64,000 nucleotides of DNA, from assembly GCA_964406665.1 (NCBI GenBank), contig CAYOSQ010000003.1, positions 186,558-250,557 of the forward strand. Direction: 5' to 3'. The position numbers and the translations under genes are program-made. Shown here one piece after another: positions 1-8,557 of this stretch (its first letter is position 1; each line of letters starts with the position of its first letter). Below the pieces are notes generated by a model, which was not told the DNA's origin, searched no databases, and saw nothing but the letters and a program-made list of their open reading frames with translations. The stretch comes from an uncultured Planctomycetia bacterium (GTDB lineage: Bacteria > Omnitrophota > Gorgyraeia > VGKH01 > JBHPFN01).

Positions 1-1
1 A

Positions 2-331
2 ATGCGTAATATGTACGCTAAAGTAGATGATATGTTTGAGGCAACCATTAGAGCATTAAGGTATAACGATAAGGAGATGTCAGATAAAGTTATGCTGTTT
101 GAGGGTGAAATTAATCTTATGCAAAAAACTTATCTGGCTAGCCATACTCAAAGGTTGTGTGATAAAAAATGTGAACCTTTCAGCGCTTTGGTTTTTGTTG
201 ATTACGTAAATAACCTGGAGAAGATCGCAGATCATTTAACCAACGTTGCCCAGGCAGCGCGTGACGAGTTTGCTTTAGAGAGAATTGTATCGGTTCATAA
301 CGACATTTTTAATAAACCAGAAAAAAAATAA
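2..331 (+). CDS. C-terminal part of a PhoU-domain protein, probably a Na/Pi cotransporter (5' end outside the window)
   Basis: PhoU-like helical motifs E..IN.M...H..RL...C and D.VNNLEKIADHLTNVA. Confidence 0.7.
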   Translation: MRNMYAKVDDMFEATIRALRYNDKEMSDKVMLFEGEINLMQKTYLASHTQRLCDKKCEPFSALVFVDYVNNLEKIADHLTNVAQAARDEFALERIVSVHNDIFNKPEKK

Positions 332-372
332 ATTTAATTTTTGACTAGTTCCTTGTTTCTAGGTAGATTCAG

Positions 373-400
373 CGACCCCGTATTTTACGGGGTCGTTTTT
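373..400 (+). terminator. Rho-independent terminator
   Basis: cgaccccgta-ttt-tacggggtcg 10-bp hairpin followed by a T run, downstream of the ORF stop at 331. Confidence 0.75.
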
Positions 401-536
401 ATTGACAACACAGAGTGCATTCGAATACGCTCAGGGCTCAGTCTTTCGAAATAGCTCAGGACTGAGTATGTTTTATCAAGTATAAAACATACACAAAACT
501 CAAACATCACGTTTTCTTAAGGGGCATATGAATGTG

Positions 537-565
537 TTGACATAATAATATTTATTTGATATAGT
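537..565 (+). promoter_or_regulatory. Sigma70-type promoter of the rib operon
   Basis: TTGACA (537-542), 17-nt spacer, TGn-TATAGT (560-565), immediately before the riboswitch. Confidence 0.8.
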
Positions 566-570
566 TAAGT

Positions 571-697
571 TCACCTTCGGGAGAGGGGTGAAAATCCCCG
601 CTGGTAGTTAGAGCCTACGAGCTTGCCAAAGAAATAGTGGCGGGCAGACCAAGTGAAATCCTTGGGCCAATAGTTAAAGTCTAGATGGGAGAGGGTA
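571..697 (+). ncRNA. FMN riboswitch (RFN element)
   Basis: RFN signature segments CTTCGGG..GGTGAAA.TCCC, GTGAAATCC and AGTTAAAGTCT.GATGGGAGA; lies upstream of riboflavin genes. Confidence 0.9.
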
Positions 698-725
698 AGC
701 AATACGTTTAATTTTGTTAATATAT

Positions 726-753
726 CCCGAAGGTCACTTCGGGTTATTTTTTT
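726..753 (+). terminator. Riboswitch-controlled intrinsic terminator
   Basis: cccgaag-gtca-cttcggg followed by ttattttttt; its 5' arm is complementary to the aptamer 5' strand (573-582). Confidence 0.8.
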
Positions 754-978
754 AAATGAAGGCACAATTTAGTGAAGCAGAAGCAAGCTAAATCGTTTGC
801 CTGAATTTATCCCGCCGAAGTCCAACAATGAAAAAATGCGGACGCAGGCGGGAATGGAGAATACAACTGTTTTAAGTGGCGGCCGAAAAATCCCGCAACT
901 TCCCAAGAAGTTGCGGGGCTAAGTTGGATCAAACCTAAATAAAGCATAGTTAAATATTCGTATTTTTAAGGAGCTTCA

Positions 979-2214
979 ATGAACTTCAATGCAATTTCTG
1001 AAATAGTCCAGGATTTGAATCAAGGTAAGATGGTTATCGTTATTGATGATGAGGGCCGTGAGAACGAAGGCGATTTGTTAATGGCTGCCGGTTTTATTAA
1101 ACCGGAAGATATTAATTTTATGGCCAAGGAAGCGCGCGGGCTTATCTGTGTGCCTATTGAAGAAGAAAGAGCCAAGTCCTTAAATCTTAAATCAATGGCA
1201 GATGAGCATATTAAAGAGTCGGCAAAGACAGGTGATCCATATGGCACTGCCTGGATGATGTCGGTTGACGCTGCCAAAGGAATTACCACGGGTATTTCTG
1301 CATTTGATCGTGCACGTACTGTGGAAATATTGGCTAACCCTCAATCAAAACCAGAAGATTTAATCCGTCCGGGACATGTATTTCCGCTTAAGGCGGCCAA
1401 AGGTGGCGTTTTGGTGCGCGCCGGCCACACTGAAGCGGCAGTTGATCTATTGAGACTTTCAGATGTTTATCCTGTAGGTGTAATTTGTGAAATAATGAAT
1501 GAAGATGGTTCAATGGCCAGGACTCCTGAATTATTAGAGTTTGCCAAAAAACATAACCTTAAGATTTGTACGATAAAAGATTTAATTCAATATCGTCGCA
1601 AAGCAGAGAAGCTTGTTAAAGTAGTTACCGAGGCAAAATTACCCACAGAGTTTGGAGAATTTCGTTTGGTATTTTACGAGTCAGAAATAGATAAGCTTTC
1701 TCATATTGCTTTAGTTATGGGTGATGTTGGTTCTAGTGAACCTGTTTTGGTTAGGGTGCATTCGCAATGCTTGACCGGAGATGTCTTTGGTTCACAGCGC
1801 TGCGATTGTGGTTATCAGCTAAAGAAGGCTATGCAGATGATCGGGGAGAGGTCACGTGGAGTTATTCTTTATATGAATCAAGAAGGCAGGGGAATCGGTC
1901 TTAAAAATAAACTCTGTGCATATTATTTGCAGGATAATGGAATGGATACGGTTGAAGCAAACGAGGCTTTAGGATTTGCTCCTGATCTAAGGGATTATGG
2001 TATAGGTGCTCAAATTTTAGTGGATTTAGGGGTTAAGCAAATTAATCTTATGACAAATAATCCACGTAAGATTGTAGGGTTAGATGGTTATGGGCTTCAG
2101 GTGGTTGAAAGAGTTCCCATTGTGGGAGGTTCCACACCATCTAATAAACATTATTTAAAGACGAAAAAAGAAAAACTAGGACATTTATTAGAGGAGGGGG
2201 GAAGCAATGGTTAA
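979..2214 (+). CDS. ribBA: Bifunctional DHBP synthase / GTP cyclohydrolase II
   Basis: [37 protein letters not shown] and QEGRGIGL motifs. Confidence 0.97.
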   Translation: MNFNAISEIVQDLNQGKMVIVIDDEGRENEGDLLMAAGFIKPEDINFMAKEARGLICVPIEEERAKSLNLKSMADEHIKESAKTGDPYGTAWMMSVDAAKGITTGISAFDRARTVEILANPQSKPEDLIRPGHVFPLKAAKGGVLVRAGHTEAAVDLLRLSDVYPVGVICEIMNEDGSMARTPELLEFAKKHNLKICTIKDLIQYRRKAEKLVKVVTEAKLPTEFGEFRLVFYESEIDKLSHIALVMGDVGSSEPVLVRVHSQCLTGDVFGSQRCDCGYQLKKAMQMIGERSRGVILYMNQEGRGIGLKNKLCAYYLQDNGMDTVEANEALGFAPDLRDYGIGAQILVDLGVKQINLMTNNPRKIVGLDGYGLQVVERVPIVGGSTPSNKHYLKTKKEKLGHLLEEGGSNG

Positions 2215-2677
2215 AGTTGTTGAAGGTCAGTTAATCGCAAAGGGTAAGAAGTTTTGTATTGTTAATTCGCGATTCAATGATTTTGTAAGTAAAGAACTTT
2301 TAAGCGGCTGCATTGATACATTGTCTAGACACGGAGTTAAAGATAATGAGATTCAAACCGTGCTGGTACCGGGATCTTTTGAGATTCCTACCGTAGCAAT
2401 GAAGCTAGCTAAAAGCAAGTCATTTGACGCGATAATCTGTTTAGGAGCGGTTATCCGTGGAGCAACGCCTCATTTTGATTTTATCGCATCTGAAGTTGCA
2501 AAAGGTGTAGCTCAGGTTTCACTTGAAACAGGTGTGCCGGTAATCTTCGGCGTGATTACAGCTGATACTATCGAACAGGCAGTTGAGAGAGCAGGAACAA
2601 AAGAAGGCAACAAGGGAAAAGATGCTGCAGTCAATGCTATCGAGATGGTTAATTTGCTGGATCAGTTAAAAAAATAA
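2207..2677 (+). CDS. ribH: 6,7-dimethyl-8-ribityllumazine synthase
   Basis: [25 protein letters not shown] and GNKG motifs. Confidence 0.97.
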   Translation: MVKVVEGQLIAKGKKFCIVNSRFNDFVSKELLSGCIDTLSRHGVKDNEIQTVLVPGSFEIPTVAMKLAKSKSFDAIICLGAVIRGATPHFDFIASEVAKGVAQVSLETGVPVIFGVITADTIEQAVERAGTKEGNKGKDAAVNAIEMVNLLDQLKK

Positions 2678-2708
2678 AAGTTTTAACAAAAATTAAGCGG
2701 ATAAAAAA

Positions 2709-3128
2709 ATGAGAAAACGTACAAAAGCACGTGAGTGTGCCTTGACAATTCTTTACCAGATAGAAATTACCCGGGAACCATTTAGAGAATTAATAAGAAA
2801 TCATTGGCAGACTCAGGAAGATGCGGATAAGTCTGTTAAAGATTTTACCATGAGGCTTGTTGAGGGAACCATTGCTAATCTTAAGCAGATAGATAAAACA
2901 ATCACCAGCTGTGCCACTAACTGGGAGCTTAAGAGGATGGCAGTTATCGATAGAAATATCTTAAGGATGGCAGCCTTTGAAATAATATTTTTAGATGATA
3001 TTCCGGTGAAAGTGGCAATCAATGAGGCAGTGGACTTAGCCAAGAAGTTCGGCGATGTTGATTCTGGAAGATTTGTAAACGGCATCGTTGATAAAATAAA
3101 AGATACCAGTTTGAAAGAGAAAAAATAA
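2709..3128 (+). CDS. nusB: Transcription antitermination factor NusB
   Basis: R.KARE, DRNILR, AINEAVDLAKKF and FVNGI motifs; typical ribH-nusB order. Confidence 0.95.
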   Translation: MRKRTKARECALTILYQIEITREPFRELIRNHWQTQEDADKSVKDFTMRLVEGTIANLKQIDKTITSCATNWELKRMAVIDRNILRMAAFEIIFLDDIPVKVAINEAVDLAKKFGDVDSGRFVNGIVDKIKDTSLKEKK

Positions 3129-3967
3129 TGGAATTTGCAGATCTACATATTCATACCAGTTTTTCTGATAGTTCTTCAGACCCTCTAGACGTTATAAAGC
3201 GTTCAAAAGAGGCAGGATTAGCTGCTATAAGTATTACCGATCATGATTCTATCGATGGGATAAAGCTGGCGGTTCAAGAGGGCCAGAAGCAATCGATTGA
3301 AGTTATCCCAGGAATTGAAATGACAAGTGAGATCGACGAAAAAGAGATTCATATTTTAGGATATTTTGTTGATATTAATAATGAAGATTTTTTGAGTAAG
3401 TTACAAGATTTGCAGCAAATTAGGGTCGAGAGAATATTTAAGATGGTGGAGAAGTTAAAAGAGCTAGGGGTTAATAATCTTGATGCCAAAGAAGTTATAG
3501 AGTTTGCCGGAAAAGGTGCAGTGGGTAGGTTGCATTTAGCAATTATGCTGCAGAAAAAAGGTTGGATCTATTCTCCCTCGGAGGCATTCTATAAATATAT
3601 TGGAGATAAATGCCCCGCATATGTAAGTAAATTTAATCTTTCTCCTGTAGAAGTAGTAAATATTATAAAAAAATCCGGAGGCATAGCGGTTTTGGCACAT
3701 CCGCATGTTTGCACAGATGCGACTGAGCTAATAGATTCTCTGGCAAAGGTAGGTTTAAGAGGTTTAGAGGTATATTATCCTAAATATACTGCTCAGACTA
3801 TAGGAAATTATAAAGCAATCGCTGAAAAGTACGGGCTTTTGCTTACCGGTGGTTCTGATGATCACGGTTTGCAAAAAGATGATACCTTAATTGGTAAAGT
3901 GAAGATCCCTTATGAATTGGTGGAAAAATTAAAGCAGGAAAAATGTCAAAACAACAACTCTTCATGA
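3128..3967 (+). CDS. PHP-domain metal-dependent phosphoesterase (TrpH/YciV-like)
   Basis: DLHIHT..SD, ITDHD, HILGY, LAHP and GGSDDHG motifs. Confidence 0.9.
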   Translation: MEFADLHIHTSFSDSSSDPLDVIKRSKEAGLAAISITDHDSIDGIKLAVQEGQKQSIEVIPGIEMTSEIDEKEIHILGYFVDINNEDFLSKLQDLQQIRVERIFKMVEKLKELGVNNLDAKEVIEFAGKGAVGRLHLAIMLQKKGWIYSPSEAFYKYIGDKCPAYVSKFNLSPVEVVNIIKKSGGIAVLAHPHVCTDATELIDSLAKVGLRGLEVYYPKYTAQTIGNYKAIAEKYGLLLTGGSDDHGLQKDDTLIGKVKIPYELVEKLKQEKCQNNNSS

Positions 3968-5013
3968 GAGAGGCTATTAATTTAGCGCTTAAGGCAAGAG
4001 GAAAAACTAGCCCCAACCCTTTAGTTGGGGCGGTATTAGTTAAGGGTAATAAAATTGTTGGCCGGGGTTATCATAAAAGAGCCGGGGCAGCTCATGCCGA
4101 GATTATGGCGATACGCAGTGCCAACGGTAAATCAAAAGGTGCTACTCTTTATGTCACTCTTGAGCCCTGTGGTCATTTTGGAAAAACCCCTCCTTGTGTA
4201 GATGCTGTTATTAAAAGCGGAGTAAAAAAAGTAGTTATTGCGACCAAAGATCTGAATCCTTTGAACAATGGTAAATCTATAGTAAAGCTTAGAAAAAACA
4301 GTATAAAGGTAGAAAGTGGATTATTAAAAAATGAAGCGCTTATGATAAACGAGGCGTTCAATAAATTTATTACAAAAAGAATTCCTTTCGTTACTGTAAA
4401 AGTAGCCCAGACCCTTGATGGGAAGATTGCCTTGGGTTCTGGCGAATCTCAGTGGATTACAAATAAAAGCTCGCGTGATTATTCTCACAGATTAAGAAAA
4501 TATTATGATGCTATTTTAGTAGGGGTGAACACGGTGCTGAAAGATAATCCTTTATTGAAGGCAAAAAATAAAGTAATAGTTGATTCTTTTTTGAGGACCT
4601 CTGTAAATTCTAGAATTTTTACTCGCTCAACCGGAACAGTTATAATTGCAACTACTGCTAAGGCTTCTAAGATAAGAATCGCTAAATTAAAAGCAAAAGG
4701 TGCAACTATTGTTGTCCTACCGGCGAAAAATGGAAGAGTTAATTTAAGGGCTTTGATGCGTATCTTAGCAAAAATGGAAATAACTAATATTTTTGCTGAA
4801 GGCGGAGGAAGTATTATTGGAAGTTTGCTTGATGAAGGCTTGGTTGATAAAACGATGTTTTTTATTTCACCTAAGGTTTTTGGTGGAAAGGGTTCAATAA
4901 GTTCTGTACAAGGAGAGGGAATAAAAAATATAGCTAGTTCTATTAAATTAAAAAATATTAGCATAAAAAGATTCAAAGAAGATATTTTGGTTGAGGGAAA
5001 TGTCAAACGATGA
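3943..5013 (+). CDS. ribD: Bifunctional riboflavin deaminase/reductase
   Basis: SPNPLVGAV, HAE, TLEPC.H.GKTPPC, LDGKIA and EGG motifs. Confidence 0.96.
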   Translation: MSKQQLFMREAINLALKARGKTSPNPLVGAVLVKGNKIVGRGYHKRAGAAHAEIMAIRSANGKSKGATLYVTLEPCGHFGKTPPCVDAVIKSGVKKVVIATKDLNPLNNGKSIVKLRKNSIKVESGLLKNEALMINEAFNKFITKRIPFVTVKVAQTLDGKIALGSGESQWITNKSSRDYSHRLRKYYDAILVGVNTVLKDNPLLKAKNKVIVDSFLRTSVNSRIFTRSTGTVIIATTAKASKIRIAKLKAKGATIVVLPAKNGRVNLRALMRILAKMEITNIFAEGGGSIIGSLLDEGLVDKTMFFISPKVFGGKGSISSVQGEGIKNIASSIKLKNISIKRFKEDILVEGNVKR

Positions 5014-5232
5014 CACTACTTATGGACAGCGAGCGAAGGTCGCTGGAACATAAGTTGTATTTCGGCCCTTCGCTTCGCTCAGGATTCCTCGAAGAGTCCC
5101 GAGAGAAATCGAGGGAAATTTGTCCCAGCACTTATTAAAAATTAAAAATATTAGCAAATAAGTGCTGGGTAAGTTCGTGAATTCAATTTACGTTCTTACG
5201 ACTTCGTCGCGTTCCGTAAAAGGACACTCACT
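5004..5232. repeat. Palindrome-rich (REP/MITE-like) insertion between ribD and ribE
   Basis: Flanked by AATGT direct repeats (4999-5003 and 5233-5237); several hairpins including the 13-bp IR cccagcacttatt/aataagtgctggg and a cttcgcttcgctcagga REP-like motif. Confidence 0.5.
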
Positions 5233-5233
5233 A

Positions 5234-5824
5234 ATGTTTACAGGAATAATCGAACAATTAGGAAAAGTTAAATCAATAGAAAACTATAGCGGGATTCGCT
5301 GTCTAAGAATCGAGTCTGAAGACATTGCTTTAGATACAAAGATAGGAGACAGCATTGCTGTTAATGGTGTGTGTCTTACTGTAACAAAAATAGATGGAAA
5401 AATCCTAAGCTTTGAGGTTGTGTCCGAAACCTTAAACAATACTAATTTAAAAGACGTAAAAATTAATGATAAAGTAAACCTTGAGAGAAGCCTAAAGCTG
5501 CAAGATAAATTGGGGGGACATTTAGTAAGCGGCCACGTTGATTGTTTGGGGATTATCCGCAAGAAATTTTCCAGAAGTGGAACTGAAGTTTTCGAAATAG
5601 CTGTTCCGTCAGAGTTTTCCCGCAACATCGTGGATAAGGGTTCTGTGGCACTTGATGGGATAAGCTTGACAGTAGCTAAGGTTAGCGGTAATGTTTTATC
5701 AGTTAATGTCATTCCGCATACATTAAAAGAAACTACTTTGGGGTTAAAAAGCTGTTCTGTAAAATTGAACGTAGAATTTGATGTGATTGGCAAGTACGTT
5801 AAATCTTTTTTAAAAGATAAGTAG
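5234..5824 (+). CDS. ribE: Riboflavin synthase alpha chain
   Basis: Canonical N-terminus MFTGIIE fixes the start at 5234 rather than 5162; GDSIAVNGVCLT and GGHLVSGHVD motifs. Confidence 0.96.
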   Translation: MFTGIIEQLGKVKSIENYSGIRCLRIESEDIALDTKIGDSIAVNGVCLTVTKIDGKILSFEVVSETLNNTNLKDVKINDKVNLERSLKLQDKLGGHLVSGHVDCLGIIRKKFSRSGTEVFEIAVPSEFSRNIVDKGSVALDGISLTVAKVSGNVLSVNVIPHTLKETTLGLKSCSVKLNVEFDVIGKYVKSFLKDK

Positions 5825-5896
5825 TATTGATTTCTTTGGATAATCTGAATAAAAGGAAATCAGCATTGCCTTTTTTAAAAAGGCTAACAAATTAAC

Positions 5897-5925
5897 TTGA
5901 CAATATAACCGTAAGTCATTATCTT
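5897..5925 (+). promoter_or_regulatory. Sigma70 promoter, probably giving a leaderless mRNA
   Basis: TTGACA (5897-5902), 17 nt, TATCTT (5920-5925); ATG at 5932 sits at the expected +1 and has no SD. Confidence 0.6.
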
Positions 5926-5931
5926 CAATAT

Positions 5932-7173
5932 ATGGAAGAAAAACGCATAGTAATTACTGGAGTTGGAGTCATTGCCTGTAACGGTATCGGCAAAGATGCT
6001 TATTGGAAAGCTTTGGAGGAAGGTAAAGACGGCTTTAGAGAAGTTAGCCTGTTTGATACCGAAGGAATAAGTGTTAAGACAGCAGGGGAGATTACTGATT
6101 TTGACCCTAAGCAGTTTATGGGAATAAAAGGCTTAAGAAGCCTTGACCGCAGTACAAAACTTATCTGTTCTGCAGCAAAGCTAGCAAAAGAAGATGCTAA
6201 GCTTACAATAACCGAAGATAATACTGATAATATAGGTGTTGCTTTAGGTACTACTTTAGGAAGTGTTTACAGTATAAGTGAGTTTGATAAGCAGGCTTTA
6301 CGAGAAGGCCCGCGATATGTTAATCCTGCATTATTTCCTAATACAGTTATAAATTCTCCTGCGAGTCAAGTTTCGATTTGGCATAATATCAAAGGTTTTA
6401 ATACTACTATCTCTACAGGATTTTCAGCTAGTTTGGATGCAATTAGTTATTCTATAGATTTTCTGAAAATGAATAGGGCAAAGATTATCTTTACCGGAGG
6501 AGTAGAGGAGCTTTGTATCCAGACTTTTTTAGGATTTTATAAGATTGGATTTCTTTCAGGTTCAAAAGATGGAGAATTTATTGGTTCCTGTCCATTTGAT
6601 AAAAGAAGGAATGGAATCGTCTTAAGCGAGGCAGGATGTTTGTTGACTTTTGAAGATTTAGATTCTGCAAAAGAGAGAAATGCAACAATTTATGCAGAAG
6701 TAGAAAATATTGCTTCATTCTTTGATCCTTTTAGAATGAATAAGTTTAATCCTAAAGGTACTGGTTTAAAAAAGGCAATGAAAAAAGTATTAGAAGACGT
6801 TAACTTAAAACCAAAAGATATAGATTATATTTGTGCTAATGCGAATTCTACAATTAAGGCTGATAAAATAGAGACAGAGGCTATTAAGGAAGTTTTCTCC
6901 AGCGCAGCAGATAAAATTCCGGTAAGTGCAATTAAATCAATGACAGGAGAGAGCTTTAGCGCATCGGGTTCTCTGCAGGTTGCTGCAGCAGTAGGGGCGA
7001 TTAATAAAGGTTTTATTCCGCCAACTATGAATTATAAAGAAAAAGATCCAGAGTGTGATTTAGATTATGTTCCCAATAAATCCCGCAAGCAAAAAGTTAA
7101 TCGAGTATTAATTAATTCTTTCGGCCCCAGCGGGAATAATACCTGTTTAATTTTGAAAGGATACAAGTCATGA
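5932..7173 (+). CDS. Beta-ketoacyl synthase-like protein lacking the catalytic residues (chain-length-factor-like)
   Basis: FabF fold motifs (RIVITGVG, PFD.RR.G..LSE, PPT.N, NSFG..G.N), but TAC becomes TGF, NAHGTST becomes CANANST and KSMTGH becomes KSMTGE. Confidence 0.85.
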   Translation: MEEKRIVITGVGVIACNGIGKDAYWKALEEGKDGFREVSLFDTEGISVKTAGEITDFDPKQFMGIKGLRSLDRSTKLICSAAKLAKEDAKLTITEDNTDNIGVALGTTLGSVYSISEFDKQALREGPRYVNPALFPNTVINSPASQVSIWHNIKGFNTTISTGFSASLDAISYSIDFLKMNRAKIIFTGGVEELCIQTFLGFYKIGFLSGSKDGEFIGSCPFDKRRNGIVLSEAGCLLTFEDLDSAKERNATIYAEVENIASFFDPFRMNKFNPKGTGLKKAMKKVLEDVNLKPKDIDYICANANSTIKADKIETEAIKEVFSSAADKIPVSAIKSMTGESFSASGSLQVAAAVGAINKGFIPPTMNYKEKDPECDLDYVPNKSRKQKVNRVLINSFGPSGNNTCLILKGYKS

Positions 7174-7916
7174 AATTAAAAGGTAAGGTCGCAATAGTAA
7201 CTGGAGCAACGAGGGGAATCGGTCGGGCTATCGCATTACTACTTGCTAAGGAAGGTGCAGATATTGCTTTTACGTATTTAAGCAGCAATGATTTAGCTTC
7301 AAGTCTTAAGAAAGAAATTGAGGATTTGGGTGTTAAGGTTTTTGCATCTAAAACCGATGTAAGCAATTTTAAGGCTTGTGGAGATTTTGTTACAAAGGTA
7401 AAAAAACAATTAGGCTCTTTGGATATTTTGGTTAACAATGCCGGCATCTTAAAAGATAAGGCTCTTATGATGATGGAAGAGTCTGACTTCAGAGATGTAA
7501 TTGATACCAATTTAACCGGTGTATTTAATATGTCACGTTCCTGTATTGTATCTTTTTTACGTGAAAAAAAAGGAGATATTGTAAATATTTCTTCGGTTAG
7601 CGGTATTGTAGGAATTCCGCGGCAGACCAATTATTCTGCCAGTAAAGGTGGAATAATTGGTTTCACAAAAGCTTTGGCTAAAGAAGTAGCAGCTTATAAT
7701 GTTCGGGTTAATGCTGTTGCTCCTGGTTTTATTCAAACAGATATGGTTGAAGGCCTGAAAGATGAGCACAAACAACAATTCACTGAGATGATACCATTTA
7801 AACGCTTCGGCACTGCCGAAGAAGTAGCCAGCACAGTTTTATTTCTTTTATCAGATAAATCTAAGTATATTACCGGTCAGATTATTCAAGTTGACGGCGG
7901 TCTGGCAATGAGGTAA
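7170..7916 (+). CDS. fabG: 3-oxoacyl-ACP reductase
   Basis: TGATRGIG, NNAGI, Y..SK and VAPGFI.TDM SDR motifs. Confidence 0.92.
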   Translation: MKLKGKVAIVTGATRGIGRAIALLLAKEGADIAFTYLSSNDLASSLKKEIEDLGVKVFASKTDVSNFKACGDFVTKVKKQLGSLDILVNNAGILKDKALMMMEESDFRDVIDTNLTGVFNMSRSCIVSFLREKKGDIVNISSVSGIVGIPRQTNYSASKGGIIGFTKALAKEVAAYNVRVNAVAPGFIQTDMVEGLKDEHKQQFTEMIPFKRFGTAEEVASTVLFLLSDKSKYITGQIIQVDGGLAMR

Positions 7917-7942
7917 GATTATTAAAAGCAAAGGATATTATT

Positions 7943-8374
7943 ATGTTAGATATTGAACAAATTAAAACTATATTGCCTCACCGTTATCCCTTTCTCTTAA
8001 TTGACCGCGTAGTTGATTTTAGCGAAGGCCAGCAACTTACCGCGATTAAAAACGTAACAGCCAACGAACAGTTTTTTCAAGGGCATTTTCCCGATGAAAA
8101 AGTAATGCCAGGAGTATTAATAGTTGAGGCAATGGCCCAGGCAGGTGCTGTATTTTTTTATCTTGAAAAAAAACTTCAAGATAAGAAAAGTGTAGTTTAT
8201 TACTTAGGATCCGTTGATGCTAAATTTTTAAAACCTGTCTTTCCCGGAGATCAGCTAAAGATAGTTATAAAGCCAAAGAAACTACTTTCTAAGGCTGGTT
8301 TTTTTGCTGCCGAGGCCTTTGTTAAAGACGTCAGAGTAGCTAAGTCTGAAATTGGCTTTGGCGTTCAATATTAA
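7943..8374 (+). CDS. fabZ: 3-hydroxyacyl-ACP dehydratase
   Basis: LPHRYPFLLID and FQGHFP...MPGVLIVEAMAQ motifs. Confidence 0.93.
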   Translation: MLDIEQIKTILPHRYPFLLIDRVVDFSEGQQLTAIKNVTANEQFFQGHFPDEKVMPGVLIVEAMAQAGAVFFYLEKKLQDKKSVVYYLGSVDAKFLKPVFPGDQLKIVIKPKKLLSKAGFFAAEAFVKDVRVAKSEIGFGVQY

Positions 8375-8557
8375 TGTATTCTATTTCCACATCTTTCCTT
8401 TAAATACAGCAGAATATCAAATTACGGATTTTTCTCTTATTTTGTGCTATACTTATTAAAATAAAGTAGTATAGCCTATGTTTTAGCAGGCTAGGAAACA
8501 TAGGTATTTTTTTGCATTTTTTTATAGAATCGGTTATAAAAAAATATTGGTGCATAA

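Noticed and set aside
571-765. 64-aa minus-strand ORF
   Set aside because: It is the antisense shadow of the FMN riboswitch.
4503-5793. Long minus-strand ORFs antisense to ribD/ribE, and similar ones opposite fabG, rmuC and serS
   Set aside because: They lie within conserved + strand genes, have no motifs and show shadow-frame composition.
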